Origin: Tubulanus polymorphus
Lineage: Eukaryota; Animalia; Nemertea
Direction: 5' to 3'
DNA length: 64,000 nucleotides
NCBI RefSeq assembly: GCF_964204645.1
Contig: NC_134026.1
Coordinates: 18,200,150 to 18,264,149, forward strand
Below, one piece after another: positions 61,401 through 64,000 of the stretch (position 1 is its first letter; every line of letters starts with the position of its first letter). The position numbers and the translations under genes were made by a program. A model generated the notes under the pieces. That model was not told the DNA's origin, made no database searches, and saw only the letters and a list, made by a program, of their open reading frames with translations.

Positions 61401-64000
61401 CAACGGCAAATTTTACAGAGAAAAAATAAAAAGGCGCTTTAAAATTCCGACCGTGTCGGGCGACACGGTCGACACGGTCTAAATCCGCCCTGCGATAAAG
61501 CCTACATCTCTCGGTGGATTTTCATAAATGAAACTCAATGTGAGGATTGGGGCAATTGGATGTCAACCCCTATTGAAAATGGAGGTCATCGGCCATCAAA
61601 CATGACCGTTAGGGCGCCTCTTGAATATCTTGTTAGCAATATACAGCGTGCAGACAGGTCTATTTATCTCGAACTAAATCAATGATTCTCACAAAGTCGA
61701 TGAAAAATTAAGTTAACGCTGCTCTTTATGAAGTATGCAATGTTTGTTACCTGTCTTCAATTTCTTGTCCTTTTGCTGTTCACTGACCCAGGGAAGATAT
61801 ACGTCGCGTTGCCATATTTTAGTCGAATAAAATCTGGTTAGTGTTTGTTGACATTGATTATTAGTGGATATCCGTAAGAGAAAATGAAAATATGAAATTA
61901 TTTTGGGGCATTTGTTGTGATTAAGCCAATTTCAAACGTGGCTACATTTGGTCATTTGGTATTGTAAATATTCGTGAGACCGATTTTGTTCATTTTTGAA
62001 ATCAGTTATGTATCGGGTAAAAGGTTACTAATACTTTCGGCTCCCATTTCTACAAAATGATAGTAGTGGTGATTTCATACGCGTATCCAGTAAGGAAATA
62101 TCAACCCATGGCCTTCGGGACATCGATGAATGACTCTTGGTGACAGACTATTTTGGCGACCATCGTGGAAACTTTGTTTGTGGATCTAAACCATCAATGT
62201 CATGTACTACATACGTCGTAGTGTTGCATCAACTAAATCTAAAATTCATCGTTATCGATACGTTATCAAATATCAAAACCCATGAGAAAACATTCAATCC
62301 TCGTAAGTGCAATCGACTGATTGACGTGTTAATCGTTTATCGAGGTCATGCCACGACGAAGATAGTTTCGAATCTGGTTAGAAAATAAGTCCTCCGACAC
62401 TGAAAATCTAATTTTTACCTTATATAGTAATTGTCTTTTTCAAAGCTTAATCATTTTCTTCTATTTAATGTGATTATTATGCGATGATGAGTCAGTAATA
62501 TGATATCCATGTTGTAGTTCAGAAGAACCACACGCGGACAAACTTGTTCATGTTTGCTCCAACAACAGCTCCTGCATTCAAAAACAATAAATCTATATTC
62601 ATCTTTTGAATGCCAAAATGTTGGACAAATTTCTGAAGTGTTGTTTTGCTTTTTGCAAAATGTTCTTTATCAGCATTTATATGGTATTTTTATTCAATCT
62701 CATGAAGAATATTGATTTCTTTCATTGTACTCTATTGGATAACGAAGATCGCTTGAAGCAAGGATGGTAAATTTACATTGAAACTGATTGAAACCACCCT
62801 TTATCTATGAACAATAATATGATAACCTTACGCCGTACCTAGAATGAGAGTCATTTTATGGACTTTGGTTTTAGCGAAGTCCATTTTGCTAACGCATATG
62901 AAACTTTCTTCCTTTGGTACAAAATACGTAACTTTCAAACGAGGCTTAGTTTCTCTTCGAAACTTTTCAAAACATTCAACGTAGTAATGAAAGCTCTAAC
63001 CTATTGAATTTCGTCGGAATCCGTTGCTAATTTAGTTCGCGTGTCCTAGTTCAAGTTTTCTTGGAAACTACAAATGATTCAACTGCCAGGGTTCGTTGCA
63101 GGCGTCCGTGAAAAGCCTTGAACTTTATGGAAGGGCAGTGAAATTGGGAAAGGAAGAAGTGAATCTTAGAAATTTTTTAATTTACGAAAATAAATTGTCT
63201 AACGAACTTCGTACACAGTGTATGTAATAAATGAAATCATCACACCATTAACGTGGAGAGTGTCTATTTAAGCTTGTGGGAAAACCCACTACCATGTGTA
63301 TTCATGATGAATCATCATGCAGTTGTGTGTGATAACAACAGCGCTTCATGGAGATCTTGTCAATAGGCAGATTTTCATAAAAGCTTCTTGATTCGATCAA
63401 GGGGGGCATTTAAGGTTTTTTGCTTACTTGGAGCACGGATTCTCTGAGATTCCGCGAAATACTTCATGCCGAAGATATGTAAGCGTTTCCAATCATAATC
63501 TGAAAGAAAATAAAATCTATTTCTTTTTATTTTCGTCCTTATTTTCGATCTAATTATCCGTAAAAAGTAAGTTTCCTCCGATCATTTGAATTCAATCCAA
63601 TAGTATTCCCTCTTTTTCATGCTCTGCTTAATCTCTAGAGTACCAATGTTTTATTCTGGTGCTGGATTACATACACTCATGTAAATTTTAGGAAAGTCCA
63701 TATTAAGAATTTCGTTCCTTGTTTAGACCTTAGATTCTGGAACATGTTATGTATGATTTGTTATAGTCTTTTTATAGGTAGGTAAAGGATTACGAGTTTA
63801 GCCCAATTTCCTCAAGAATGACGATGGGAGAGTGTATTGGTAATTTCAACACGAATAACGACAAGCAAACCTCATCTTTTCAGAGCATGGGATTTGTAGA
63901 CAAAAATACATGAATTTGAAAATGGTGCGTAAGCGGACAGTACAAGACAGTAGTTGTAGATTTTCCGATAAATATGGGAAGTCGGTAGTGATGGTGTTGG
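58494..64000 (+). CDS. Secreted cystine-knot growth-factor precursor, Trunk/PTTH/Noggin-like (exons 58494-58554, 59204-59391, 59611-59857, 60710-60892, 63884->64000; incomplete)
   Basis: Five GT-AG exons splice in frame (phases 1,0,1,1): signal peptide MRINFSPFITWLYIAIAAVSG; LLMREKGAQYIPHIMAM; furin-like RKYRR; YCQRR...MCNWCAATTTLPSNRIPRVINEVICNPGYTGCF...EHGICRQKYMNLKMVRKR...C. Confidence 0.8.
60940..61650 (+). mobile_element. Intronic non-autonomous element with tandem core repeats (HINE/Helentron-like), interrupted by a MITE
   Basis: Repeated units GGATTTTCAT...AATGTGAGGATTGGGGCA...TGGAGGTCATCGG...TCTTGAAT; starts TTTTTTATGTGCCCACC. Confidence 0.5.
61194..61492. mobile_element. hAT-like MITE with 5-bp TSD
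   Basis: CGATA|CAGGGGCGGATCC...AAATCCGCCCTG|CGATA. Confidence 0.75.

Noticed and set aside
62137-62388. Cys-containing ORF as the next exon of the cystine-knot gene
   Set aside because: No convincing acceptor; the exon at 63884 fits both phase and Cys pattern better.

Overview
Eukaryotic genomic DNA, probably a marine invertebrate (inferred from the TE repertoire and GT-AG introns). Positions ~1-52.3 kb are an almost gap-free, deeply nested transposon mosaic: EnSpm/CACTA-like end carrying a spliced Ulp1-PHD gene, Sola1, three Gypsy elements, BEL/Pao, two CR1-group (L2/Crack-like) LINEs, three RTEX-like LINEs, a Kolobok-type P2X7-ballast fragment and a FLYWCH-MULE. Positions ~52.3-64 kb are ordinary host DNA with MITEs and five coding exons of a secreted Trunk/PTTH/Noggin-like cystine-knot precursor that runs off the window. 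Most striking: (1) a 4,134-bp near-palindromic element (15505-19638) with Polinton/Maverick-type ends (AGTAAT...ATTACT, 6-bp TSD ATCGAC). Each arm carries an intact 206-aa Zn-finger gene, poxvirus-early-promoter-like motifs and a 24-bp tandem array, and the arms flank a tiny membrane-peptide ORF. (2) Two RTEX-like LINEs whose ORF2 sits in frame behind a single ORF1 stop with no usable AUG (candidate stop-codon readthrough). (3) Three Gypsy elements that all keep a G GGA AAC -1 frameshift signal. All family calls come from motif recognition by eye; no database searches were run.
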